Part shown: one piece after another, positions 38,316-46,445 of the stretch | Numbering within the stretch: position 1 is the first letter of the stretch | How the letters are laid out: each line of letters opens with the position of its first letter | Assembly: GCA_902763835.1 (NCBI GenBank) | Contig: CACWTQ010000022.1 | Span: forward strand, 10,133 to 74,132 | Reading direction: 5' to 3' | DNA from: an uncultured Ruminococcus sp. | GTDB lineage: Bacteria > Bacillota > Clostridia > Oscillospirales > Acutalibacteraceae | DNA length: 64,000 bases | The notes under the pieces: generated by a model | What the model saw: only the letters and a program-made list of their open reading frames with translations | Told to the model about the DNA's origin: nothing | Databases searched by the model: none | Translations under genes and position numbers: made by a program

Positions 38316-38344
38316 TTGACAAATAAGCTATTACCTAATAATAT
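38316..38344 (+). promoter_or_regulatory. sigma-A-type promoter upstream of acpP
   Basis: TTGACA, a 17-nt spacer, then TAATAT, followed by a ~135-nt leader. Confidence 0.55.
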
Positions 38345-38481
38345 GTGTATAGCGTATTATTCATATCGATTTACGCTTCGTGCATTTTCTGCAATATTTC
38401 GGAAATCATTTGTATTTATTATACGCAATTGCATAAAATTCACAGTATCAAATTAAAAAATATTTTTAGGAGGGAATACAT

Positions 38482-38709
38482 ATGGTATTCGAGCAAATTA
38501 AAGCTATTCTGGCAGAGAAGTTTGACGAGGAGGAAGATTCTATCACGGTTGACACTAACCTTGCCGAGGATTTGGGTGCGGATTCACTTGATTTAACAGA
38601 TATCCTTATGGCAATCGAGGACGAGTTCGAGGTTGAAATTCCCGATGAGGATATCGAGAATATCAAGACTGTCGGAGATATCGTTGACTATATCGAAAAC
38701 AGAAAGTAA
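38482..38709 (+). CDS. acpP: acyl carrier protein
   Basis: 75 aa with the LGADSLDLTD phosphopantetheine-attachment motif and an AGGAGG RBS. Confidence 0.9.
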   Translation: MVFEQIKAILAEKFDEEEDSITVDTNLAEDLGADSLDLTDILMAIEDEFEVEIPDEDIENIKTVGDIVDYIENRK

Positions 38710-38741
38710 TTTTCACCAACAATTTGAATATCAAAAAACAT

Positions 38742-38775
38742 TCGCCCTCTTTAAAAGTGGGCGATTTTATTTTTG
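38742..38775 (+). terminator. intrinsic terminator after acpP
   Basis: TCGCCC-TCTTTAAAAGT-GGGCGA followed by TTTTATTTTTG. Confidence 0.7.
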
Positions 38776-38866
38776 AATTTTTTGTGAACTTTTCTAAAAA
38801 GTTGCATATATGCACGCATATTTTTACGGATTTCAAGGGAGTTATAGAAGAACATTTTTTTATTCG

Positions 38867-38881
38867 GCGGACAACGTTCGC
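38867..38881. repeat. module A copy with one G:T (wobble) stem position
   Basis: GCGGACAACGTTCGC followed by AGGAAA, as in other copies. Confidence 0.7.
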
Positions 38882-39010
38882 AGGAAAAAGGCGGAAAGTG
38901 CAGTATTTTCTATAGTTTAATTTGATAATATCAATGATTTTAATGAAAAATTATATTGAAACAGTAATATTTAAAAAGCATAATGCAGATTTTTGGGGAG
39001 GTTAAAAATT

Positions 39011-39721
39011 TTGGAGATTGACGAGAAAAACAGAGTTAAAGAAAATCAAAGCAAGGGATTTATCGTTTTGTACAGAAGCTTGCTTGATTGGGAATACTCT
39101 GATGACGATGCGGTTTTTTCCTGTTTCGTAAAAATTCTTATGGCTGTGAATTATCAGGATAAGAAGTGGCACGGACAGACAATTGAAAGAGGAAGTCTGA
39201 TTTGCAGTATTGACACTTTATCGAGTTTAATTCACATAAAAAGGACTACGCTTAAAAGATGTTTGAAAATTTTAAGTGAGTGCGGAGCAATTTCCATAGA
39301 AGTTGTACCGAATAAATATCATAAAATCACTGTATCTAATTATTCCAAATATCAAGATATAGTTAGCCGAAAAACGACCGACAAGCCGACTAAAAGAGCA
39401 ACCAATAAGCCGACCGATAAAGCAACCGATAAGCCGACCACAACTAAACAATATAACAATATAACAAGTGGTGGTGTGTGTGCCCTACAGGCACACACAC
39501 ACACCACCACAGAAGAAGAAAAATCGGCTCTTCCGTCCGTCACGCCCTTGGGGGGCGAGCCGTCCGAGCCGCTTACACGTCGGGAATGGAGAACTTACTG
39601 CGAGCTTAAAGGCTATAACGAGTATCGTGCCGCCGAAGAGTGGATAAAGGTCAGAGGAGTTTTTTCGGAGGGTCAAAAGGCGAAAGTAAGAGAGTTCCTA
39701 AAGGAAAACGGAGAAGAATAA
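39011..39721 (+). CDS. winged-helix protein resembling phage/plasmid replication-organiser N-terminal domains, with TDKPT-type repeats
   Basis: Probable TTG start at 39011, 9 nt after GGGGAGG; the first in-frame ATG lies about 44 codons into the ORF (KILMAVN). GFIVLYRSLLDW...IERGSLICSIDTLSSLIHIKRTTLKRCLKILSECGAI, then KPTKRATNKPTDKATDKPT repeats. Confidence 0.5.
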   Translation: MEIDEKNRVKENQSKGFIVLYRSLLDWEYSDDDAVFSCFVKILMAVNYQDKKWHGQTIERGSLICSIDTLSSLIHIKRTTLKRCLKILSECGAISIEVVPNKYHKITVSNYSKYQDIVSRKTTDKPTKRATNKPTDKATDKPTTTKQYNNITSGGVCALQAHTHTTTEEEKSALPSVTPLGGEPSEPLTRREWRTYCELKGYNEYRAAEEWIKVRGVFSEGQKAKVREFLKENGEE

Positions 39722-39724
39722 TAA

Positions 39725-39878
39725 GGAACTGTCAGAAAATAACTTGAACATTTATACTTGTCTAATTTGCCCTGTGTGTCGTTACAACACCTTGAAATAC
39801 GTCAGTATTCCTGCGTGTGCCTAACACAGAACAAATTATCCTGCGTCTAAATTGTTCAACTTATTTCCCAACAGTTCC
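39725..39878 (+). mobile_element. MITE-like TIR element M4 (154 bp, full length)
   Basis: Both TIRs are present with TAA/TAA flanks (39722-39724, 39879-39881). It starts 3 nt after the stop of the preceding gene. Confidence 0.9.
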
Positions 39879-39885
39879 TAATTTT

Positions 39886-39925
39886 GCGTACAATGTCTGC
39901 TTTTTTGCCGACCGTTGCCGACCAA
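39886..39925. repeat. degenerate mosaic modules (A-like GCGTACAATGTCTGC, then GCCGACCG and GCCGACCAA)
   Basis: It resembles GCGGACAATGTCCGC plus module C, with substitutions. Confidence 0.45.
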
Positions 39926-39949
39926 TTAAGAAATTTTTATAGAAAAAGG

Positions 39950-39978
39950 TTGAAATCTCTTTGTATAAAGGGTATAAT
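39950..39978 (+). promoter_or_regulatory. sigma-A-type promoter upstream of proS, located between two MITE copies
   Basis: TTGAAA, a 17-nt spacer, then TATAAT. Confidence 0.55.
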
Positions 39979-39998
39979 TATAAGTTGTATAGTAATAA

Positions 39999-40147
39999 GG
40001 AACTGTCATAAAATAACTTGAACATTTATACTTGTCGAATTTGCCCTGTGTGTTGTGCCTAAGAGCCTGTTTAAAATCTTAGCGATACACGTCTTTTTGG
40101 CAAATTTTCCTGAGTCTAAATTGTTCAACTTATTTCCCAACAGTTCC
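39999..40147 (+). mobile_element. MITE-like TIR element M5 (149 bp, variant core)
   Basis: Both TIRs are present with TAA/TAA flanks (39996-39998, 40148-40150). About 45 nt of the core are replaced by unrelated sequence. It ends 6 nt before the proS GGAGG. Confidence 0.88.
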
Positions 40148-40166
40148 TAAATATGGAGGTACAAAA

Positions 40167-41606
40167 ATGGCACAGAACAAAAAAATGGTAGAAGCCATAA
40201 CTTCACGAGATGAGGATTTCGCAAAGTGGTACACGGATATTGTAAAGAAAGCCGAACTTTGCGACTATTCGGGAGTTAAGGGCTGTATGATTTTCAGACC
40301 CTACGGCTATGCTATCTGGGAGAACATTCAGGCTGACCTCGACCGCCGCTTTAAGGAAACAGGTCACGAGAACGTTTATATGCCTATGCTCATTCCCGAA
40401 AGCCTTTTACAGAAAGAGAAAGACCACGTTGAGGGTTTTGCTCCCGAGGTTGCGTGGGTTACTCAGGGCGGTTCGGAAAAGCTTTCCGAACGTCTTTGCG
40501 TTCGTCCGACTTCCGAGGTGCTTTTCTGCGAGCATTACAAAAATGTAATCAATTCTTACAGAGATTTGCCAAAGCTGTATAATCAGTGGTGCAGCGTAAT
40601 GCGTTGGGAAAAGACCACACGTCCGTTCCTCAGAACATCGGAGTTCCTGTGGCAGGAGGGTCACACAATGCACGAAACAGCCGAGGAGGCTCAGGAGGAG
40701 ACCCTCACAATGCTTAAGGTGTATGAGGACTTCTACAGAGAAACTCTCGCTATTCCTGCGGTTGTCGGCAAGAAAACCCGTAAGGAAACATTTGCGGGTG
40801 CGGAAGCTACCTACACAATCGAGCCTATGATGCACAACGGTGTTGCTTTGCAGGGCGGTACTTCCCACTACTTCGGCGACGGATTCGCTAAGGCTTTTGA
40901 CATCAAGTTTACGGGCAGAGATAACACCTTGCAGTATCCTTTCCAGACCTCTTGGGGTGTGTCTACAAGAATGATAGGTGCTATAATTATGGTTCACGGC
41001 GACGACGACGGTCTTGTACTGCCCCCGAAGATTTCTCCGATTCAGGCTGCGATTATCCCGATTGCACAGCACAAGGAGGGTGTTCTTGAAAAGGCGGACG
41101 AGCTTAAGAAACGTCTTGCCAAGGAGTTCAGAGTTAAGCTTGACGATTCCGACAACAGTCCCGGCTGGAAATTCAGTCAGTACGAGATGAAGGGCGTACC
41201 TGTACGAGTTGAGATAGGACCCAAAGACATCGAGAAGAACCAGTGTGTAATCGTAAGACGTGACAACCGTGAGAAGCTGTTCGTTTCCCTTGACAATCTT
41301 GAAGAAGCTGTGAGAGAGGCTTTAAAGGCTGTTCACGACAGTATGTATCAAAAGGCTCTCGACAATATGAACGAGAAAACTCACGTTGCCGTAACGTTTG
41401 ACGAGTTTGTTGACACTGCAAAGAACAAGCCCGGATTCATCAAGGCTATGTGGTGCGGTGACGTTGAATGTGAGGACAAGATTAAAGACATTACGGGCGG
41501 TGTTAAGTCAAGATGTATTCCGTTTGAAGAAGAAAAACTTTCCGATGTCTGTGTATGCTGCGGAAAGCCTGCAAAGCACCAAGTATTCTGGGGAAAACAG
41601 TATTAA
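40167..41606 (+). CDS. proS: proline--tRNA ligase (archaeal/eukaryote-like short form)
   Basis: 479 aa. Class II motifs ([15 protein letters not shown], the GGTSHYFG region) and a C-terminal Zn-binding CxxC...CxxC. Confidence 0.92.
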   Translation: MAQNKKMVEAITSRDEDFAKWYTDIVKKAELCDYSGVKGCMIFRPYGYAIWENIQADLDRRFKETGHENVYMPMLIPESLLQKEKDHVEGFAPEVAWVTQGGSEKLSERLCVRPTSEVLFCEHYKNVINSYRDLPKLYNQWCSVMRWEKTTRPFLRTSEFLWQEGHTMHETAEEAQEETLTMLKVYEDFYRETLAIPAVVGKKTRKETFAGAEATYTIEPMMHNGVALQGGTSHYFGDGFAKAFDIKFTGRDNTLQYPFQTSWGVSTRMIGAIIMVHGDDDGLVLPPKISPIQAAIIPIAQHKEGVLEKADELKKRLAKEFRVKLDDSDNSPGWKFSQYEMKGVPVRVEIGPKDIEKNQCVIVRRDNREKLFVSLDNLEEAVREALKAVHDSMYQKALDNMNEKTHVAVTFDEFVDTAKNKPGFIKAMWCGDVECEDKIKDITGGVKSRCIPFEEEKLSDVCVCCGKPAKHQVFWGKQY

Positions 41607-41685
41607 AAAATAGAGAATAAAGAAGAAACAAGAAAGATTAAAGTATTTTGTCGGAAAGTTCCGACCCTCAATAAGAGGTGATTAA

Positions 41686-42654
41686 ATGCCAATTAATATT
41701 CCCGAAGATTTGCCTGCCGCAAAGGTTTTGGAAAGTGAGAATGTTTTTGTTATGAGTGACGAACGTGCTATGTCACAGGATATTCGTCCGCTTAAGATAA
41801 TTATTCTCAATCTTATGCCGACAAAAATAGTTACGGAAACTCAGCTTTTACGGCTTCTGGGAAACAGTCCGCTTCAAGTTAAAATCGAACTTCTTCAAAT
41901 GGCTTCACATACCTCGAAAAACACTCCTCTTGACCATTTGACCGCATTTTACAAGGTATTTGACGAGGTTAAGGATAACTACTATGACGGTATGATTATC
42001 ACGGGAGCACCGGTGGAACTTCTGAATTTCAACGAGGTTGACTACTGGAACGAGCTTTGCAAAATTATGGAGTGGAGCAAGCACAATGTTTACTCAACTC
42101 TTCACATTTGCTGGGGAGCTCAGGCAGGTCTTTATTATCATTACGGTATTCCAAAATATATTTTTGATGAAAAGTTGTCGGGTATTTTTTCTCACAGAGT
42201 TCTGAAAACAAAGCACCCTTTGATGAGAGGAATCGATGATATATTTTATCTTCCCCATTCAAGAAACACAGGTGTTCGGACTATTGATGTTCAGCGGCAC
42301 AGAGAACTTGAAATACTGTCGCTTTCTGACGAAGCCGGTGTATCGATTATCGGAAGCAGGAGCGGCAGGCAGTTCTTCATTCTGGGTCACCCCGAGTATG
42401 ACAGAGATACTCTTGCCAAAGAATTTTTCCGTGACCTTGAGAAAGGTATCGACCCGAAAATCCCGAGTAATTATTTTCCCGAAAACAATACCGACGCAAC
42501 TCCGGTAATGTGTTGGAAAAGTTATGCCAATTTATTATTTACCAACTGGCTGAATTATTATGTTTATCAGAATACTCCGTATAATTTGGCTGACATTTCA
42601 AACATACCGTACTATATGCCCGATATTCCCGACGACTACGAGTACAACATATAA
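41686..42654 (+). CDS. metA: homoserine O-acyltransferase (MetA family)
   Basis: [11 protein letters not shown]...[14 protein letters not shown] and the HICWGAQA catalytic Cys region. Confidence 0.9.
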   Translation: MPINIPEDLPAAKVLESENVFVMSDERAMSQDIRPLKIIILNLMPTKIVTETQLLRLLGNSPLQVKIELLQMASHTSKNTPLDHLTAFYKVFDEVKDNYYDGMIITGAPVELLNFNEVDYWNELCKIMEWSKHNVYSTLHICWGAQAGLYYHYGIPKYIFDEKLSGIFSHRVLKTKHPLMRGIDDIFYLPHSRNTGVRTIDVQRHRELEILSLSDEAGVSIIGSRSGRQFFILGHPEYDRDTLAKEFFRDLEKGIDPKIPSNYFPENNTDATPVMCWKSYANLLFTNWLNYYVYQNTPYNLADISNIPYYMPDIPDDYEYNI

Positions 42655-42660
42655 AATTAT

Positions 42661-42698
42661 ATCTCCAAAAGGTGCTATCATCTTTTGGAGATTTTTTC
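42661..42698 (+). terminator. intrinsic terminator, bidirectional
   Basis: ATCTCCAAAAG...CTTTTGGAGAT followed by TTTTTC. Confidence 0.75.
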
Positions 42699-43404
42699 AA
42701 TTATTCTCTTGTGATACAAAATTCCAGAATATATCCTTAATTTCTTTACGGCTTTTTTTACGTATCAAAATTCGCTCACCGCTTTTCATAACGAAATCGT
42801 CATCTACTGCCGCAACGCAGTTCATATTTACAATAAAGCTTCTGTGGCAGCGGAGAAAACGCTTGTCGGAAAGTTCGTTTTCTATAACGTTCAAGTGCTT
42901 ATAAATCGTGTAGTTATCACCGTTTGATGTATGAATGGTGCATTTTGAATTATCGCTTTCAACATAAATAATTTCGCTTAAGGGTACTCTTATAATACTC
43001 TTTCTGTGCTTAATCGGGTATGTGTTTATTCTGACCTTTCCTGAAAGTCTTTCCATTACTTTGCGAAAAATCAAAACCTCGCACGGTTTAGGAAGATATC
43101 CTGCCGCACCGACCTCGTAGCCGTCAACGGCAAAATCAACCGAAGAGCTGACGAGAATCAATTCACGCCGATAATTAACCGCCCTTAACAGATACGCAAA
43201 TTCAATGCCGACAGAACTGTTATGTTCAACACTAAGAAAAATGAGATCAAAGCTCAAACCGCCTTTGATTTCGCAAAGCAAATCTTCACCGCCATTAAAT
43301 CCGAAAATATTTACGGGTAATTCTCTTTCAAAAAAATATTTCTTCAGCATATCAATAAGAAATTCCGCCTCCTCGGAATTTTCATCGCAAACTGCAACGT
43401 TCAT
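42697..43404 (-). CDS. LytTR-family response-regulator-like DNA-binding protein
   Basis: Receiver-like N-terminus (VAVCDEN...FDLIFLSVEH...YLPKP) with Ser at the phospho-Asp position. The C-terminal LytTR domain has FLRCHRSFIVN. Confidence 0.8.
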   Translation of the reverse strand: MNVAVCDENSEEAEFLIDMLKKYFFERELPVNIFGFNGGEDLLCEIKGGLSFDLIFLSVEHNSSVGIEFAYLLRAVNYRRELILVSSSVDFAVDGYEVGAAGYLPKPCEVLIFRKVMERLSGKVRINTYPIKHRKSIIRVPLSEIIYVESDNSKCTIHTSNGDNYTIYKHLNVIENELSDKRFLRCHRSFIVNMNCVAAVDDDFVMKSGERILIRKKSRKEIKDIFWNFVSQENN

Positions 43405-43715
43405 AAATATTCATCTCTTTCCTTAATAAAATAATTACAAAATTTCAATTTTATCTAAAAACTTTCCGTTTTCAAAAAATACGTTTTTTTCACACTTCAT
43501 ACAATATATCGATATTATAATTGATAAGCTAAATTTGATAGTATTTCTCACGAATCCGTTTTTTTTAATTATAACAAAGTTTTAGTAAAATTGCAACATA
43601 TTTTTAATGCTTATTCATATTTTGTTATAGGAAATAAGGATAATCGTATCATAATATCTATGCGGATAAAAAAACATATAGCATAATTACAAGCATTACT
43701 ATGTTACATTTTACT

Positions 43716-43757
43716 AATAAAAAAGCAGACACCCGAAAGTGTCTGCTTTGATTTTTT
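43716..43757 (-). terminator. intrinsic terminator after thrH, bidirectional
   Basis: GCAGACAC-CCGAAA-GTGTCTGC flanked by an A-run and a T-run. Confidence 0.8.
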
Positions 43758-43769
43758 ATGTATTGTTAA

Positions 43770-44372
43770 TTAAGCAATAGCAGCCTTGACAGCATTCAGA
43801 AGCTCGTCATAAGTTTCAAATGCGGGCAGGTCGGGATTATCAGCCTTGATTTTATCGGTACTCTTAAATAGGAATCCTGCCTTGCTTGCTCTTATCATAC
43901 CGAGGTCGTTGTAGCTGTCACCGCTTGCGATAGTTTCGTAACCGATAGACTGCAATGCTTTAACGGTTGTAAACTTCGAGTTTTCAACTCTCATCTTAAA
44001 TCCCGTAACCTCGCCGCTGTCGGAAACGACAAGGGAGTTACAGAAGATAGTCGGATAACCGAGTTTTTTCATAAGCGGAGCGGCGAACTGAGTAAACGTA
44101 TCGCTGATAATGATAACCTGACACAAGGAACGAAGTTCGTCAAGGAACTCCTTAGCACCGGGCATAGGGTCAATAGTTGCGATAACGTCCTGAATCTCCT
44201 TAAGACCTAAATTATGCTCTTTGAGAATAGCAAGTCTGTACTCCATAAGCTTATTATAGTCCGGCTCGTCACGGGTAGTTTTCTTAAGTTCGGGGATACC
44301 CGAAGCTTCAGCGAACGCAATCCAGATTTCGGGTACAAGTACGCCTTCCAAATCCAAACAAGTAATATACAT
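43770..44372 (-). CDS. thrH: phosphoserine phosphatase / homoserine phosphotransferase ThrH-like HAD protein
   Basis: ATG at 44372. MYITCLDLEGVLVPEIWIAFAE...TTRDEPDYNKLM closely parallels the N-terminus of Pseudomonas ThrH as I recall it. Confidence 0.8.
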   Translation of the reverse strand: MYITCLDLEGVLVPEIWIAFAEASGIPELKKTTRDEPDYNKLMEYRLAILKEHNLGLKEIQDVIATIDPMPGAKEFLDELRSLCQVIIISDTFTQFAAPLMKKLGYPTIFCNSLVVSDSGEVTGFKMRVENSKFTTVKALQSIGYETIASGDSYNDLGMIRASKAGFLFKSTDKIKADNPDLPAFETYDELLNAVKAAIA

Positions 44373-44438
44373 AAAATTCTTCCTTTCGTACATATATGTT
44401 ATATTATAACACTGTTTTCAAAATTAGTCAAACCCTAA

Positions 44439-44542
44439 GGAACTGTCAGAAAATAACTTGAACATTTATACTTGTCTAATTTGCCCTGTGTGTCGTTACA
44501 ACACCTTGAAATACGTCAGTATTCCTGCGGTCCAACAGTTCC
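44439..44542 (+). mobile_element. MITE-like TIR element M6 (104 bp, right arm largely deleted)
   Basis: The left TIR and core are intact, but the right end is only TCCAACAGTTCC. TAA/TAA flanks (44436-44438, 44543-45). Its last base is part of the ispF TAG stop. Confidence 0.85.
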
Positions 44543-45009
44543 TAATCTATCAGGCAGACTGCCTGTGCCGATATTCCCTCTTCCCTGCCTGTAAAGCCTA
44601 ATTTCTCTTCGGTAGTCGCTTTTACATTCACACAGTCGATATCAATGCCGCAAACGTTGGCAATGTTCTCCCTCATTTGCTGAATATACGGTTTCATCTT
44701 GGGCTTTTGTGCAATAATTGTTGCATCTATATTTGATATTTTGTAACCTTTTTCACCAATTGCCGTGCGTACCTCTTTCAAAAGTACAAGACTGTCCGCA
44801 CCCTCGTATTTTGGGTCGTTATCGGGAAAAAGTCCGCCTATGTCGCCCAGTGCCGCCGCTCCCAGCAGAGAATCCATTATTGCGTGTAAAAGTACGTCTG
44901 CGTCGGAATGACCAAGCAAACCTAACGTATGAGGTATCTCAACACCGCCTATAATCAGCTTTCTGCCCTCAACAAGCTTATGTACATCGTAACCGTGACC
45001 TATTCTCAT
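44542..45009 (-). CDS. ispF: 2-C-methyl-D-erythritol 2,4-cyclodiphosphate synthase
   Basis: [23 protein letters not shown] and the [12 protein letters not shown]-type motif. Confidence 0.93.
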   Translation of the reverse strand: MRIGHGYDVHKLVEGRKLIIGGVEIPHTLGLLGHSDADVLLHAIMDSLLGAAALGDIGGLFPDNDPKYEGADSLVLLKEVRTAIGEKGYKISNIDATIIAQKPKMKPYIQQMRENIANVCGIDIDCVNVKATTEEKLGFTGREEGISAQAVCLID

Positions 45010-45013
45010 ATTC

Positions 45014-45703
45014 TCACCTCATTTTCAAAAATGCTTCCGCTACCGCTATATCCTCAGCGGTAGTTATTTTTATATTAGTGTAATCTCCCTTGGTGATATG
45101 TACCTTACCGCCTACGGATTCTATAAGCTGACAATCGTCCGTGAAATCGTTATTGTCGGCAATTGCTTTTTGATACGCTTTATTGTAGGTGTTTTTGTCA
45201 AATACCTGTGGGGTCTGAATGATGAACAGCTTATCCCTCGGGGGTGTGCTTTCAACAGTATTATTCTCGACCAATTTCACCGTATCTTTTACAGGCACTG
45301 CAAGCGTAGCCGCACCGAACGTTACAGCGTCTTCTATAACCTTTTGAATATCTGTGGGTTTTACAAGAGGTCTTGCACCGTCGTGAATAGCTATGACATC
45401 ACAGCGTTTATTGACCATTGAAACACCGTTGCCCACGGATTTTTGTCTTGTACTTCCGCCTGTTGTGAACTTAATCGGAACAGTTACAGTATCATCGAAA
45501 AGCGTTTTGAATGTATCAATATCACTTTCGGGACAGACAATGACAATTTCATCGACAATCCCCGAACATTCAAAAGCGTAGACTGTATGCTGCAAAACGG
45601 TCTTATCGCCTATTTTCAAAAGCTGTTTACTCACAGCGGATTTCATTCTCGTTGAAGAACCTGCCGCAACGACCACAGCGGAAACAAATTTTTCGTTTAG
45701 CAT
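45014..45703 (-). CDS. ispD: 2-C-methyl-D-erythritol 4-phosphate cytidylyltransferase
   Basis: [19 protein letters not shown] and QTPQVF motifs. Confidence 0.92.
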   Translation of the reverse strand: MLNEKFVSAVVVAAGSSTRMKSAVSKQLLKIGDKTVLQHTVYAFECSGIVDEIVIVCPESDIDTFKTLFDDTVTVPIKFTTGGSTRQKSVGNGVSMVNKRCDVIAIHDGARPLVKPTDIQKVIEDAVTFGAATLAVPVKDTVKLVENNTVESTPPRDKLFIIQTPQVFDKNTYNKAYQKAIADNNDFTDDCQLIESVGGKVHITKGDYTNIKITTAEDIAVAEAFLKMR

Positions 45704-45721
45704 ATTTTCACCTCCGGCAGA

Positions 45722-46195
45722 TTATAAATGTACAGTAAGGAAATTAGCAAGCAAATCAACCGCTGCAACACAGAGATACACTACTACAATAAAACCGACA
45801 ATTGACAAAATTTTAACAATTCTGCGTTTAGTCGGCGACATCTCTTTCCACTCAGGTTCGTCGGGGAGGTCAAGCTTTTCGTAATACTCGGGGATTTCCA
45901 TAGCCGAAACACTACTGAGAGCGTCAATACCCTTTTTAAAAAAGCTGATTGGAACATAATAGACATAGCTGCCGTCCGCAACGCCCATAACAGGCGAAAT
46001 TTTTGAAACAACCTGCTCCGAATACGGGATTTTTGCTTTGACAAGAGTTTGCTCGACTATACCTTTATTTACCTCGTTTACGATGATTAATTTTACAGGC
46101 TGGTTTAAATCTATTTTACTTGAAAACTTTTTTCCGCAGTCGCATTTTTTGTTTTCAGAAAATTCTATTTTTTTACATTTTGAACAATATTGCAT
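45722..46195 (-). CDS. hypothetical protein with N-terminal CxxC..CxC zinc ribbon and C-terminal TM
   Basis: 157-aa ORF: MQYCSKCKK...CDCGKKF, and a C-terminal hydrophobic helix. Confidence 0.55.
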   Translation of the reverse strand: MQYCSKCKKIEFSENKKCDCGKKFSSKIDLNQPVKLIIVNEVNKGIVEQTLVKAKIPYSEQVVSKISPVMGVADGSYVYYVPISFFKKGIDALSSVSAMEIPEYYEKLDLPDEPEWKEMSPTKRRIVKILSIVGFIVVVYLCVAAVDLLANFLTVHL

Positions 46196-46256
46196 TATAT
46201 TAGCTCCTTAAAAAACTTCTGTATTAATAATACTACAAAAAGTATATATTTGTCAA

Positions 46257-46337
46257 CCGGGCAACGCCCGGCGGGCAACGCCCGCTGGAAATACGTGAAG
46301 ACAGTTACTAAAAACATTAACTTATGAACCCGACCGA
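46257..46337 (+). repeat. mosaic repeat locus: two variant A hairpins, B, C
   Basis: CCGGGCAACGCCCGG (46257-46271) overlaps GCGGGCAACGCCCGC (46271-46285). Then ATACGTGAAGACAGTT (46291-46306) and ACCCGACCGA (46328-46337). Confidence 0.85.
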
Positions 46338-46371
46338 AAATTAATTTTAACGCAGGTGATAAAGTCAAACC

Positions 46372-46400
46372 TTTACAAATTCGTCAAATAATGGTATTAT
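46372..46400 (+). promoter_or_regulatory. candidate promoter of murT-gatD
   Basis: TTTACA, a 17-nt spacer, then TATTAT. Confidence 0.4.
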
Positions 46401-46445
46401 TATAAATAAGAAAAAGAAAAGAATACAAAACTCGGAGGTTGTAAA

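Noticed and set aside
39879-41685. A T-box or other riboswitch leader expected upstream of proS and metA.
   Set aside because: The proS leader is occupied by MITE M5, with no specifier-loop/T-box sequence (AGGGTGGNACCGCG-like) visible. The metA leader is only ~80 nt with a single short hairpin (GTCGGAA-AG-TTCCGAC) and no T-run. Nothing matches a SAM riboswitch core.
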